Below are positions 1 through 13,634 of a stretch of DNA of 64,000 nt, piece after piece. The stretch is from assembly GCA_030295235.1 (NCBI GenBank), contig AP026167.1:434001-498000 (forward strand). Reading direction: 5' to 3'. Below the pieces are notes generated by a model. It had not been told where the DNA came from. It ran no database searches and saw only the letters and a list, made by a program, of their open reading frames with translations. A program made the translations under genes and the position numbers. The DNA is from Fistulifera solaris (taxonomy: Eukaryota). How positions within the stretch are numbered: the first letter of the stretch is position 1; each line of letters starts with the position of its first letter.

Positions 1-1634
1 GAAGAAGCAACCAAATCAAACGGAACTGCTCTCCACGTTGTGGTCTACAATCCGCTGGGCCAAAATCAATCAACTGTTTTGCGAATCCCAGTTGCATCAT
101 TAGCGTGCTATGAAATTACTGATTTATCCAACAATATCAGTATTTGCGATCATTCCATCAGGGCAGCCATGCAGCCTGCTGACACCTCTACATATGTCGT
201 ATACTACGACACCGGGTCGCTACCACCTTTGGGCTACAAAACATTTCAGATCAGCAAACAATGCGATTGCCCAACGACAGATATATTTCGAAATCCCTCA
301 CTTGTAATTGTCGAAAAGGAAAGAAGACGACTTCGAAAAGCCACCAGCACTACTATCGCAGTCACAAATGATTTCATGACAGTTGAATTCGATACGATCA
401 CGGGGCAAATGAAAAGAGCTGTATCTGATGGGACCGGGATAGATCTTGTTCAAGATTGGGGCTACTATACGTCATTCGACCATCAGTGGGATCATTCTGA
501 AGTTCCTGCTGTGGATCCTACGCAGAACTCGGGGGCCTACATCTTTCGACCAAGCACTCCAACTCAAGATATACACCATCTTTTGCCTCGAAAGGCGACA
601 GTCGTCGACACTCCTCAAGGCGCGGAAGTTCGCATCGAATTCCATCAAAATTGGATACGGCAAACAACCCGTATTTTCCAGTCTCAACCGTTCATTGAAG
701 TCGAATACGAAATAGGCCCAATCCCTATTGATGATCTTCGAGGAAAAGAAATTGTGACACGATACAGAGCGTCTATTGCCAGCAAGTCGGCCTTCTATAC
801 TGATTCGAATGGACGTGAGTTCCTTCGACGACAACGTAATTATAGACCATCCTGGGATCTCGACGTCTTTGAGCCTGTTGCTGGAAATTTCTATCCAGTC
901 AACACGGCCATTTTCCTTCAAGACAAAAATGCATCTCTAAGCGTAGTAGTCGACCGCTCTCAGGGTGGATCGTCACTGCAAGACGGAACGCTAGAGCTCA
1001 TGGTGCAGAGAAGGAACTTGGCCGATGATGCGAAAGGAGTCGGCGAACCATTAAATGAAACGTCTGGTGGGATGACACCATACCCACCTTATGGGAATGC
1101 GGAACGTGTTGGAGACGGTGTAATAATTCGAGGAACTCATCGAATCATGATAGGGAAAGGTTTGACCGGAGCTAAGCTTGCACGCTCGTTGATGGATTCG
1201 GCATTCGCCGAGCCGCTTATCTTTTTGGAAAATGCACAATCCCTTGCCCAGCTATCTTCCAAAGTGCTTCTTTTTCGTCTGGTCTATCAATCGGTTTGCC
1301 CAAGAATGTGATGCTCATAACGTTTGCGCGTTTGAACACGGCAAAGTACTTACTTCGACTTGGGCACCAGTATGGCGTGGACGATGATGACGAACTAGCA
1401 GAACCCGTAAGCGTGGATATCGGTCTCTTGTTTCTGGGCATTGGTGAAGTTGATACAATAGATGAAATGACTTTAAGTGGCAACCAAAAGTGGGAATCAT
1501 TGCAGAAGACTAAGCTGCCATGGTCAGGCGAAACTGGTAGCACTTCAGACAAGGATACTTCAAACAAGGGTAATATGGTTGTCTTGCGCCCAATGGAAAT
1601 CAGGACGTTTCACGTCACCGTAAAGGCACAATAA
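1..1634 (+). CDS. Alpha-mannosidase (GH38, lysosomal type), C-terminal part; 5' end outside the window; apparent frameshift near 1220-1300
   Basis: ORF 40..1311 has SGAYIFRP, FYTDSNGREF, PVAGNFYPVN, DRSQGGSSL..G.LELMVQRR and DDAKGVGEPLNE. ORF 1296..1634 continues with LLRLGHQY...LRPMEIRTF, the typical GH38 C-terminus. Confidence 0.92.
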
Positions 1635-2079
1635 TGGATGGACCATTTTACCTACCAAGTATAGCGACCACCTTGAAACAAGATTTACCAACGCAATTCA
1701 TCAAGAACAAGAACACCAGTGTCATCAAAAATCTTGCAATTAAATGCTGTGATCCTTTGGTTGAAAGTAGACCAACGGTACCTTTTGTAGTTGTAAGTTG
1801 TAACGGCCGACCCTTTTCCGGGACTCTTTAGTCAGTCCCATTGGAAACGTCACATCGATAGTTGCGAGTTGCAACGTTGCAACAGAATATTCACTTGCGG
1901 GCGGAAACAGACGCTTTTTGTTACATCCAAGCAACGAAGAGATGCAAAATGCGAAAATGTGGCCTTTTGTTTGTTGCAAGGAAAGAAGGAACAATTATAA
2001 ACAAAGACCAAGAAGAAGGACGTTTATCGCCTTTTACATTAAGTAAAAAAAATCTTCTTTATTACTGACTGGTTTGATA

Positions 2080-3624
2080 ATGGAGACCGTGAAGGAACAC
2101 AAAAGACGGCGCACGTCGAAGAAGCAAAAACGGATTGCCGCCGAAAAGAAGAAGATGATCGACTTACAGCGTTGCTCTTTGGTAATGGCGAGGTACTTGA
2201 AAGACCACAAGAAATAATGCAATCCAAAACTGGGGGAGATTCTTTGTTTGTGATTGATCGCCAGGGAGAGACACAGACGACGAAAGAATTAGAGAATGTA
2301 CGAGACCTCGAAATTGATAACGGCAACGATGCTGAAGAAAAGGATGGCCCGATTTGGCAGGATGACGACGATGACATCCAAGTCCAATTGAAAAGCAGAT
2401 TAGCAAAACTACGTCACAATCGACAGGAAGGTCCTGTGAGCACGCAACAACTTGAAGGACGCCTTCGAACCTACTATCAACAGTCGCTGACTGCTCAAAC
2501 GAATTGGGCTAAACTTCCCGAAGAAAACGATCAGACAGAGGGAAGAACACACCGTAGTTGACACAGATGAGCCCATGTTGTCACAAGGTGGGCTGAAGCC
2601 AACTATTTTAGCTACTGTTCGCTGTCCGGATGCCAATATGTCAGACCCGAATCAAGCTGCTGTTCAAGCCGTTCACTTTCATCCGGGCTCCGACCCAGAT
2701 CGGCCGCTTTTACTCACGGCTGGCTTGGACAAAACGTTGCGATTTTTTCAAGTAGGTGAAGAAAAGAGTGAGAAAATTCATGGAATCCATTGTAAGTCAC
2801 GAAGCCTTGAGAAGTTCTTTCTATTGCTTTCTGTCTTTGACCTCACAACTGTTATCCTTAGTCCCTAAATTACCGATCTTTAGCGCAAGCTTTCTAGGAG
2901 ACTCTGGGAGTGTCGTTGTGACGGGTCGAAGACCTTTTTCTACATTTATAATGCCATATCGGGAAACTTGGATCACGTGCCACGCATATTAGGACGAGAA
3001 GAAAAGAGTTGGGAAAAGTCGGTGACATCGCCCGATGGGAGCACAATAGCACTGATTGGCAATGATGGTTATGTCGTCCTGTGGGATGTGGCGTCAAAGC
3101 AAATAAACAAAACGCTCAAGATAAATGGCAGCGTTCGGGCAATAACATTCACTCCGGACAATCGTGAGATTCTTGCTAGTGGTAGTGATGGAGATGTGTA
3201 TCGATGGGATCTTCGCAACACCCGGCGGTGCGCAGAGCGATGGTCGAATCAAGACGGCACCATCACTTCAGCTTTGGCGGCATCGTCACGACATGTAGCA
3301 GTGGGAGCGGAAAGCGGTGTTGTCAACTTGTACAAGTCATCGCATTTGGTGAAATCTGTTCTTAACTTGTCAACCTCGGCAGATTTAGTGAAATTCAACT
3401 CCGACGGAGAAATTTTGGCTTTATCAACGCGACGTGAGAAGATGGGACTGAAACTTTTGCATGTGCCATCGGCTACCGTTTTCTCAAATTGGCCGACGTC
3501 CAAGACACCGCTCAATTATGTCTGGTCGTTGGATTTCTCACCGGCGAGTCGATTTTTAGCCATTGGTAACGACAAGGGAAAGTGTTTGCTGTATCAGTTG
3601 AAACATTACAGCAATGATAGTTAA
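2080..3624 (+). CDS. UTP18: U3 snoRNP-associated WD40 protein Utp18 (intron near 2792-2861; frameshifts near 2145, 2560 and 2940)
   Basis: Motifs W.DDDD, LLLTAGLDKTLRFFQV, LVHVPS-like LLHVPSATVFSNWPTSKTPL, DFSP...LAIGNDKGKCLLYQLKHY. ATG at 2080. GTAAGT donor at about 2792. Confidence 0.9.
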
Positions 3625-3990
3625 AGCTAAGTTATCCTCTGATCCAACTCAAATCTGCCTATTGCAACTAAGACATTGCTAATCGGATCATCTAGAGATC
3701 ACCCCAAGCTTCATATGTTCCAAGTGTCTTTACACGTAAGAGCTCGAGCCTTTCTCTTACAAAAAAACGTACCAGGTATAATGAACAGAATTCCCAGCAC
3801 TAGACTCAGGCATCGGGTCACGCGAAAACACTGACTCACTCGTCGTACTTTTCGTTCTATAGATACCAGGTTTTTCATTGATTATGCGCCTGCTCTCGCA
3901 TCTCACATCCTCGCAACCGACACGAACATTGGACATCACACAAGCACGATTTGCTGCTTTGCTTCTATCACCAAAGTTTATTCATTACAG

Positions 3991-4800
3991 ATGATTCAAT
4001 TAATATCAATATTCATTTGGGTGGCTTTTGCTGACGCGTGGACGTCCAGTCCCCTACAAACCCGCATCCGCACGTCTTTGCGACTCTCCAGCGCATCGTC
4101 TGAAAGTGTAGCTTCCTTGAAAGCGGATTTAATCGCAGCTTGCACTCGGGGAGGCCAACCGGAAAACATCCGTGGCCTTGTAAAAAACTTGATGCAAGTT
4201 GCCAAATCAAACGGAGAAGGGCAATCGAGTAGTTCGTCCGGTTTGCTGTCAGGCGAATGGGAATTATTGTACGGCACCGAAGACGAGACGCGGTCGTCGC
4301 CGTTTTTCTGGGCGTTTCGAAAGGCAACTGACACTGCGGATCAAATTTACAGCATCACCGATAGTATTCCTGCACCATTGAAAGAGGTCGGACCCGCGCG
4401 ACAAAACATCGAATGGATCGATACGGCACAGACAGGTCGTTTCGTATCGCGAGTCAAAGTTGCCACCTTGGGTGGTTTGGCGACGTCTATTATGACGACA
4501 CGAGGAACCATAGTCGGAACCGATGGAACAGATGGTGTTGTCTTGCAGATTGATTCTACCAAACCCGAGAAAAGCACGGCTTTGTCGACAATATTGGGCC
4601 CATTGGGTGGTGTGTTGAACGAGAATGCCCCTCCATTTCCTAGTGGACAAGCTCTCGAACAGCTCCGGCCGGGTTCATCGAAAGTAATTATGCGTACAGG
4701 ATATTGTGACGAAGGTTTGCGAATTAGTTGGGATGATGCACGTCCGGATGATTTCTTTGTGTGGAGACGAAATGAGTTTGCAAATTATGACTTCTTGTAA
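3991..4800 (+). CDS. Plastid-targeted PAP/fibrillin-family protein
   Basis: Signal peptide ending ADA-W, then a Ser/Arg-rich transit peptide. 'LKADLIAAC...LLSGEWELLY' and a terminal 'YCDEGLRIS' match the fibrillin pattern. Confidence 0.72.
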   Translation: MIQLISIFIWVAFADAWTSSPLQTRIRTSLRLSSASSESVASLKADLIAACTRGGQPENIRGLVKNLMQVAKSNGEGQSSSSSGLLSGEWELLYGTEDETRSSPFFWAFRKATDTADQIYSITDSIPAPLKEVGPARQNIEWIDTAQTGRFVSRVKVATLGGLATSIMTTRGTIVGTDGTDGVVLQIDSTKPEKSTALSTILGPLGGVLNENAPPFPSGQALEQLRPGSSKVIMRTGYCDEGLRISWDDARPDDFFVWRRNEFANYDFL

Positions 4801-5066
4801 TGACGGGGAATCGATTAGATCAAATCTGGTAGCCAATTATTGACTACATATTGCTAGTTTTATTAATACAGCATAGTTTCTCGATCGATTGTAGGTCATC
4901 GACTTCGATCATCATGTGACATAAACTAATCGGACCAAGTCTTCTTTGCGGTCTCCGGATGTTGTTGTAGCTTTTTGGATGCGAGCCGAACAATGGGATA
5001 TCAATAATATAAAAAAGACAGAGTATCAAAGTGTAGATTTCGATATTTTGTCGAGATCTTGTTTAC

Positions 5067-5400
5067 TTACGAAGTCTCGGCGTCCATGTCTGGGTCAAAC
5101 TCTTGAAAACATTTCAACGCCACAGTCAAATAATCATAGAACGATGACACCGAAACCCTCAAAAATTTTGCCTGTGTTGCTTCAAACCGTCTAGCATACC
5201 AGTAAGTGAAAACAGGGAAGCATCTCCGTGAAGCTGACGACGAGCACTTACACTTTCATGCATCGAGGCTCTGCAAAGGCAAAGGTTCTTACTACCTGAT
5301 CGCTTAATTCCGAATCTACTTGCATCACTCGGACCGCTTTCTCCGCCTGTGACGACGTCGGAAAGTTGAGTTCAATCTCGCAGGCGTAGGGATAGTCCAT
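5067..5400 (-). CDS. PCC1: KEOPS/EKC complex subunit Pcc1/LAGE3 (two exons: 5400-5252 and 5190-5067; 90 aa)
   Basis: Manual translation: MDYPYACEIELNFPTSSQAEKAVRVMQVDSELSDQVVRTFAFAEPRCMKV|RFEATQAKILRVSVSSFYDYLTVALKCFQEFDPDMDAETS*. A 61-nt GTAAGT..TAG intron keeps the frame. The F.....A......VD.EL and LRVSVSSF patterns are typical of Pcc1. Not in the ORF track. Confidence 0.88.
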
Positions 5401-6154
5401 TGCTAAAGAATGATTATAATATTCGCCGTCTTGTGGTGGATTTTGTGTTGAAATGGCGTGCGCAGGGCGGGGTTGCGCAAGGGGAGAGCGCGTATAAGGA
5501 AAGATGATAATCTCTATCCCTAAGCTACATGAGTTTACGTTAAGGTTAGACGACTTTGTGCCGGTTCTTCGTATTACCAGCTAGCTAATCAAAGTACTTT
5601 GTACTTGTACCAGGTCCCCAGGTAGCGGTGCTGGTACCGGTACTTGATACTCCGTACAAAGTAGAAAGTGGAGAAAGCAGGGGCATAAGTGATAGTTCAT
5701 TCACGAATCACGAGCGACTCGACTCCTTATTCGAGATCCGAATTCCCGCCGCCGCACTCCGCGATTTCCAACATAATAATATTTAACCCCTACAAAAATA
5801 CTCTCCTTCATTTTGTACATCTTGCAACTTCGGCAATTCTCTATGTAGATTATACTGATCACTGCCAATTTCGGCGTCGTGTTGCTGCGTTTCCGATTTC
5901 ATTTTTCCCCTTAAGTATACGCTCTCGATGAATTTCTTACGAAGAGATAGACGCAAGTTTCACTTAAAGTACAGTGTACAGTTACGAGTGACGACCATCT
6001 AAATTCTGAAATCCGCAGCCTGCAACGAGAAGCTAAAACTCCTTCACCTTTCACCTCCTATCCTTGCTTCGAGCGCACCCTTTTGGTCAAACGAAAAAAA
6101 TCAGTATTGTTGCTGATCATTAGTTCCTCCTAAATCACCTTGAAGATCAATAAC

Positions 6155-7402
6155 ATGAGCAAAATAATATCTTGGAGCAAAGCATCGTCGGAAACATTGG
6201 ACCCTGAAAGTCTCACTATCACCAGCTTCAAATCAAAAGACGACAACGATGTCGGCACTGGAAGCGATGAGAGTAGCTTTGTTTCAAATAAGTTCAAATT
6301 CGGCCTGCTTCTGCTGGTCGTCCTACAAAACTCGTGTGCAATTCTAGTAGGACGATTCACGCGAACGAACGTACCTGCGTCAGATCTCTATGATATCAAT
6401 CACTTCATTGTCATATCCGAATTTCTGAAATTCATTTTTTCTGCTGTCTTGGAGTTTCGTTCCTCCTCTGGCAATCTTCTATCTTCGGTCGATCGCCATA
6501 TAATCCAGAAACCTTTCGACGCGAGCAAAGTCGCAATTCCTTCTTTTTTGTATCTTATTCAAAACTCGCTCATCTACTCAGCTTTTGCGAATTTATCAGT
6601 ACCTGTTTTCCAGGTCACCAATCAAGGGAAGCTGGTACTCACAGCGTTGCTAAGTGTAATTTTCTTGGAGCGACGATACTCGCTTCAGCAGTGGGTCTGT
6701 TTATTGGGGCTCTCCCTAGGCGTTGCTATTGTGATTCTGGATCAAGCAGAGGGAGAATCTGACATCGGCAAGAAGCGCGACTTGTTGATTGGTCTGTCTG
6801 CCATGGCGATTGCATCTTTCTGTTCGGCGACGGCGGGTGTGTACTTTGAGAAGGTTCTCAAGGCACCTTCAAGCGAGCTGAAACAGCCACAGGCCTCGCT
6901 TTGGATGCGAAACATGCAAATGGCGTTCTACTGCTGCAGCATCGGAATGATTCAGTCTTCGTTTCAAAAATCATCGAATGCGGAACATGCCTATCTACAT
7001 GGTTTTAGCGCCTGGGTTTGGTTATCAGTGATTCTTCAAGCAAGTGGAGGTTTGCTTATCGCATCTGTCATTCAACATCTTGACAATGTTTTCAAAGGCT
7101 TAGCCACTGGTGTGTCGGTTGTGTTATCGTCGGCACTCTCTACGGTTATTTTCGGGAACGTTCTCGGTGTGCAGTTTTGTACAGGCACGGTCATGATTCT
7201 GTGCTCGGTGTACTTTTTCAGCAATCCATTACCCAAGTCATCCCTGGTCAAGAGCTTGATTTCATCATTGGCGGGCAAGAGGTGGGTTCTATGGTTGCTC
7301 TTCACGGCTGCGGTAGGACACCGCGCTGTCCTCCTTATCGCAGCCAATCAAACTCAAAATACACTGGTTGTATTGGAAACATTGTATAAAGTAGAAGGTT
7401 AA
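6155..7402 (+). CDS. Nucleotide-sugar transporter, SLC35A (UDP-Gal/UDP-GlcNAc/CMP-Sia) family
   Basis: Multi-TM protein with IPSFLYLIQN, FQVTNQGKLVLTA, AGVYFEKVLK, SLWMRNMQM, GGLLIASVIQHLDNVFKG. Confidence 0.92.
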   Translation: MSKIISWSKASSETLDPESLTITSFKSKDDNDVGTGSDESSFVSNKFKFGLLLLVVLQNSCAILVGRFTRTNVPASDLYDINHFIVISEFLKFIFSAVLEFRSSSGNLLSSVDRHIIQKPFDASKVAIPSFLYLIQNSLIYSAFANLSVPVFQVTNQGKLVLTALLSVIFLERRYSLQQWVCLLGLSLGVAIVILDQAEGESDIGKKRDLLIGLSAMAIASFCSATAGVYFEKVLKAPSSELKQPQASLWMRNMQMAFYCCSIGMIQSSFQKSSNAEHAYLHGFSAWVWLSVILQASGGLLIASVIQHLDNVFKGLATGVSVVLSSALSTVIFGNVLGVQFCTGTVMILCSVYFFSNPLPKSSLVKSLISSLAGKRWVLWLLFTAAVGHRAVLLIAANQTQNTLVVLETLYKVEG

Positions 7403-7468
7403 CTATTAGGAAACTGGTTCCTTTTATTTGAAACATATGAATTAAAGACTTCGATAGCGGCAATCTGT

Positions 7469-9080
7469 TCACTCACGAGATTCCCATGTCATGTCGAGTG
7501 ATCGTGAGGCGAAGCTGCCGCTTTTGTTACTTCCCTTAGAAATAAGAGATTCGTCGTCGGAGCCAAGATTCAGAGGACTCCGTGTTGGAAAGCTGGCTCG
7601 ATCCCCCGAAGACGTTGGCCCGACGCTGTCCATACTCGTTTCGTGATCAAAAACACGCACGAGTGAGTTTCCTCCAATCGACATGTTGCCATCATTGCTG
7701 CTGCCTGATTCTTCCCCCCCACGAAAGTACGAAGACGCGGCACTTATTTGCTCGGGGAACCACGAATGGCAACTACCAATCGACGACATGCCCATCGAGC
7801 TAGCAGCATCGTAAAACGGTCGAGGTCGAACGTCCGGTGGGGGCATGGCACGCTCATCGGGAACAACTTGCTCCATGAGTTGCACCTCTTGACCCTCCCA
7901 TTCGACTTCTTCCATTTCTTCGTCCGCTTGGTTGCCCCCAGAAGATACTGGAAATGGTATTCTTGTGTCAGTACTATCATGTCCGCACATGACAGATACA
8001 GCATCAAAGGAACCAAGCGAACCCATCACCCGGTCAGCAAAGTGAGCTAAAACCGAGTTTGACGCTTCCGTGTTGTGTTCCATATTATGAGGCTCGTAGT
8101 CACTATCTGTCGCAACGGAGTTTATACTGCCGATCATAGGAGCATATTCATCTTTAAATTTGACCAATCGGCGTTTCCGTGACATGTCTTCGTGTATGTA
8201 AGAAATAGGTTTGCTGCGAGCAGACCGTGATCCGTGTCCGTCTCTCGACGACCCAGAAGGGATGACACTATTCAGGCTACTCGTGGCCCAGTTTTTAAAT
8301 GACTCGGCTCCTGCATTCACAAAGTCAAAAAAGGGTTCGATGGCTGACGTAGAAGGCCCCGTAGGCTGAGCATAGTAGTGAGGGTGCGGAGCCTCGTGTG
8401 TTGTATGTGCATGGTGCGAATATTCGTATTGTGGATGTTGCGGATGTTGATTATGATGAGGTGGGTAAGCTGAAGGCGTATGTGCAGGATAGTTTCCATA
8501 AAATGAATATCCACCCCAGCCAGCACCATAATACGGGGGAGGCGGGGGTGGTGGTGGTTGTTGCTGTTGTGAAAGGTTTTCTTCTCGTTTCATATCAGCT
8601 CTCTGTACGTTAATCTCGGTCTCAATTTCTGCTCGTATCGAAGGCGCATTTTCTCTTAAAGCCTGTGACGCCTTGTCGCGTGCTTTCTCATCTCCGATAT
8701 CTTTCCAGAAACCACATTTTGAATCTCTGGTTAAAAATCTCCCCGGAGGATTTAGACCCCGAATCTCCGAAACAATACTACTCGCGATCAATCGTTTTTC
8801 GCGCTTGAAACGAGCTGTAAGATATACACGCTTTCGTTTTTCTACGAGCAGGCGAAAGCGTTCATTTCCTGGATGGGAGTTGATGGAACCGCCTCTGAAA
8901 ATATTCGATAAATTAGAATGCGAGAGCAAAGTGAGGAAAACAGTGTGCCCAAAGCTATCATTCTTTCCAAGCATACCTTCCACACAAAACGTCCGAATCG
9001 GTTGTCTCTCGAATTATTTCATCAGACTCAAAGAAAGTCAAACCCTCTTCGCTGTTATCATCCGACATAGTTGGAGCCAT
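7469..9080 (-). CDS. DUF6824-type diatom protein (putative regulator); intron 8895-8976; upstream exons possible
   Basis: Splicing gives DVLCGR|GGSINSHPGNERFRLLVE...PPGRFL...W.DIGDEKARDKASQALRE, followed by a Pro/Tyr/His-rich low-complexity tail. Confidence 0.8.
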
Positions 9081-10101
9081 TGATTGTTTCCCGATAGTTC
9101 TTGCCTTCTGCTATATAATGCTTGCAAGAGCTTGCTCGTTCCTTTTCGATATTTGGTTCGTGCCTTCCTAAAACATTCCCTCCAATGTGTTCCCAGTTGT
9201 CTATCGAATCGTGCTCAAAAGGTCAAAGATCAAGGCGGTGCGTTCGATTTGAATACTATGGCAGATCAATCATCGCCAAAGCTCTATTCGAACCTTTGCA
9301 AAATACTACCGGAGTACATTTTTATCGCTTAGTTTTACCTGGTGGTATCGGCAGGTTGCTGTTTGCCCCGACCTGGCGTCTTTACTACGGTGGTCCCAGT
9401 CAGAGACAAGTGTACAAATTTTTCGCCAAATAGAAATACTATGGACTTGTTCGGAACTCATAACAGGATAACGTCTTCTTGTCGTCGGCAGCATTGTCCG
9501 GTATTTCCGGTAAGAGTATGAAAAGAAGCGGTTCTATTGCCGTTCGTCAGCCGTTGAAATCGGAAAGAGATATCTGTTGGGAATGGTCCCACTGCACTCC
9601 CAAGTGCCATCTGTTAAGCAACAATGTACTTGTATAGTAGCCTTTCGTCTATGTAACATGTTGTCAGGGAAAATGCTCCGACTCAACTGTCTTTCAGTCC
9701 CGGAAGCGGTTTCAGGCCTATGGAAACACAGATTGCTTACAGAACTAAGAACTAAAGGGCTTGGTCCGATGAATTATTTAGACTAGCTTTTTAGAGGACC
9801 ATTGTCACAAAAATGGTTGTTCCTTCCTTGTCTTCGTTACCCTAAACTTGGGGTGACACTTTGTCGATGTAGGACGCTCGCTTTTCAAATCGGTTGCTCG
9901 AACGATGAGAATCTATTGCCACGGTTTCCTGCAGTAGAGACTAGGAAGCTCAAAGGCCATTTTCGCGACCAAATGTGACAATAAAGCCGATCAAGTGTCC
10001 CATCTCAAGCATGAATACATGATCTACGAAGCTACAGTCATCCCCGTAGCTCAACGAAGTAGCAGCTCTTTTCCACATTAGACGAGGAGATGTCTTTCCA
10101 A

Positions 10102-12403
10102 TCATTTTGAATAGGAGAGGCTTGCGATGCTTCTATCCAAATCTCTCCAGCTCGTTGGAAACTCCCTGTTAAAGTATGCACCGTGAAGCCGCGCGTACTT
10201 ATGCATAGCATCGATATTTTCTCGGGGTACGTAGTAATAAGAAGTCGGAAGAAGGCCATCTTCATAGCCAGGCTCTCTGTGGTTTGTCGAATGGTAACCT
10301 CGTAAACGATGGATAAATCCTGTGAAACTGTTTCATAAAATGATAAGGAAAGTGAAACCCCAATAGTTCGTCCGATTGTCAATAACTTACGTCGAATGCC
10401 AACATCCGAAAAAAAGCCTTCCACGAGACGCCACCAGCTGATCTGAGATGCTATACGTCAGTCTCAAAAGAAGTATAGCATAGTAGAACCACTCCTTTTT
10501 TCTTACCAATCATTCCATAAAAATTTGTATTCACACCCTTTAACTCATCAACGAAATCATCAAGAAACTTGACATCGTAATGCTTCTTCAAGTCGCTAAA
10601 AAATGTTTTGTCTCTTTCGTCCGTAGCAATGTAGATGGTGGCATTCAGAGCAATATATTGCCTCACATTCTCATAAATTTCACTTGCTTCAATGCGGGTT
10701 CTCTTGTATTGGAAGTCACCACGTCGAATATGAAATGTATCGAACTCGCCAGTGCCTATCATCTGATGTCCAGGAAAATCCTCCCGGCGACTTTTGTCGT
10801 ATTCTCTCATAGCATGTACGATCCGAGCGGCAGCGCACTGTATTTCATCAATGTATCGTCTAAATCAACGTTTTCTTACGGCATGAGAACAGAACGAACA
10901 GCAAAAGCATATTCTGAAGGACATTGCACGTACACATGATCTCTCATAAAGCGTTTCATCCACAAGTCTTCCCGCCAGTCCTCAAAATACAAAAAGGCGT
11001 AGAAATGCACTAACATGCGTACACGCATTTTGTGATAGCACATGAAATGAACCACCAATTCACCTTGCATTTCTTCATCATAAACGCACAGCTCCTTGCG
11101 GTCGGCCAAATTCTCGCGCATTCGATCGAGTGGCGAGCTGTCCACAGCTGGAGGTGGATCGAGAATAATGTCTCGCATTGTCAAGGACTCTTTGTGAATT
11201 CGACGTTGCATATCTTGAAGTATATGTGCGTCCTCAGCATTTCCACTGGCGGGGAATGCGGCCATACATTGCGTTGGACTCCACAACGGCGTGTGCGTTA
11301 CGTTTCGAAGCCATTCTTTGTATAGTTTGACATCTTGCCCATTCCAGTTGGTTCGATTACCTGGAGGAAAGCTAATCTCGCCAGTGTTCTTGTCCCGCAA
11401 TTGTCCCGTCATAGCAACTTCGTTCAAAAATTGTTCCGTAGTGATCATATGCAATCCATCGTTCTCTCGGGCCAAATCGTGCATCGGGAAAAAATCCGCA
11501 AACGAAAAATCTGTCTTCTCTTGTCCACGATTTTTGGCAAGTAAATACATGCGCTGCTCCGGAGGTAACACCAATGTTCGACCCATGGCGATTGCTGTCA
11601 GGATTCAAAACGTCAGGATCATGAGAGGATGCTAATCAGGAAGGAGATGCATGTTGAGAATACAAAGTACACACCTAGACCAAGGACAGTTTCCCTGTGC
11701 ATGAAATACCGAGAAGGTGAGATCGTGAGCATTCATTCTGCGTCTATGCTTGGGTTTGAAGCATGAATAGAATCGAATCGAATCAAGATCATCCCTGAGT
11801 GTCGTGTGAGCACTTACATTGCCCTGTAAGGAAAGCAAAGGATCAAGTGAGTTACATGTTATGCACGAGATTCACACAGAGCATATATCGACTGCGTCAT
11901 AGATTTCGTCAAAGACCTTACATGCGAATATTATTCCAGCCTCCTCCATCGGGTTCAAATGTCATATATTTGCGAGGTTGATCTTTCGGAGGAGTAAATG
12001 GACTAACAAATCGTTCATCGGAACTGATGTTTTGCCAGTATACCATCTCCTGTGCAAATTCATCCGCGGGTCCGCCGTAAGCGGCACAAGACAAGTGCGA
12101 TAATCGCCGCTCCGGTGGTTCTTCATTCTGTCGATTGTTTCGATCCGGTTTGTCGTATGCATATTTGTAATAATCCGAGACGAAACTATCAACGATCTTG
12201 TCCATTGCTTTATCTGCTACGGCAAAATTTTGTAAGTCCGTTTTCAAGGCGTACAAAGCCTCTTCTTCTTGATAAACGTGTTGCAGATTCACTATGGCAC
12301 TAATGACGAAACAAATGACAATACCCAGCATCAATATTTTGGTGAGCGATGATGAACTGTTGGAGGTCGTCGGAGACAACGGATCTCGACTCGAAACTAC
12401 CAT
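10102..12403 (-). CDS. GDP-fucose protein O-fucosyltransferase family (POFUT2-like), paralogue 1; multi-exon with 6-nt and 20-nt micro-exons
   Basis: Type II TM N-terminus. Motifs TFEPDGGGWNNIRM-AM-ETVLGL-AIAMGRTLVLPP, HFYAFLYFEDW, FHIRRGDFQ, IYIATDERDK, DQLVASRG, REFPTSWRD. GT-AG introns traced by hand; stop at 10102-10104. Confidence 0.85.
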
Positions 12404-13634
12404 GGTACTGCGCCTACAAACTACGTAAATAAAAACCTCCTTTGCTGTCGTTCGGTCGCGAGGAAGGGATGAAAATTTGCTTGTTAAGAGGAGAAATCGA
12501 CGACTTTCGACAAAATGAAAACAACGCGTTCTCAATAAAAGCGGTCATGGTCGCGCATAGAAAGGCGAAATGTCGTCGGCTCGTACTGGTACTCATCTTT
12601 CACGAGGTTTGGGTTCGACGTGGGTTTATGGGCAAATAAAATCAGCACACATCATGCAACAGAGTAACAAACGACGCGATGAATTGCTTTATCATTGAAA
12701 TTTTAGTTAACCGGCTTGTTATCTACTTTACAGTTACTTAGAGCTGCCTTATTGGAACATCTTTGAGAGGAAAATGGAATGGATTATCCTCGTATCTATC
12801 AGAATCCGAAAATGATCGGCGATACGAAATGGTCGGCATATCGATTCGAAACGATCATGAATTATGAATCTCGAGCGATACTAATGGTACTAAGTCGGGC
12901 ATTGATGTGAAGTTACAGTTGATTTCCCAGACGCGTGTCCTTTCTTGTAGCTCTTGGTTGCTATCCGTTGACACGACGCCGATAAAGACTGTGTCACTTT
13001 GGGCAACTAGCTTTGGGCCAAATACACTCCAACATGCTTTCCAAGTCATCAGAGATAGAAAAATTGTCGACGAGGAAGTCTTCATTCTAAAAGGAACGGC
13101 ATAGTAAGAATATTGTACAAAGAGAACAAATGCCGAGCAACGAATTCATCCGAAGGAAAGAACGTGTATGATTGTCTCAACTTGCCTATTGTTGGATTAT
13201 GCTCTAATATAAATTGATATTATGAAGAGTGTGTAACAAATTTCAAAGAACGTTTCGTCGCTGATGGATCGTCAACAATGACTCGAACAAGGCGTTGAAA
13301 GAATGATTTGTGACACCAAGGAACAATTCGAGAAGGAGAAGATCGCAAACAAGATCCAAAAACTAAATTTAGCACATTCAATGAGATAGTCCGACTTGTC
13401 AGACAGTTTGATTGAATAGTGTTGTGTACTCAGTCCTGCATTTTGGGCCTAATCTGCTATTATCCGATTCGTGTTCTTTCCGTTCTACCAAAAGTCCAAC
13501 ACCTAAGCTAAGTTGCGGTGGTTGTTCTTGAAATTCTTCAAAGCTTTATTAACGAGGATTAAACGAATCATACCTTTTCTAAAACACGAGAAACGCCGTT
13601 ATAGCTCAGGTAATACAGGGAAGTACCGGATGTT

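Noticed and set aside
12700..13600. About 0.9 kb between fucosyltransferase paralogues with short coding-like stretches
   Set aside because: No continuous frame, recognisable motif, terminal repeats or transposase signature; cannot support a gene or mobile element.
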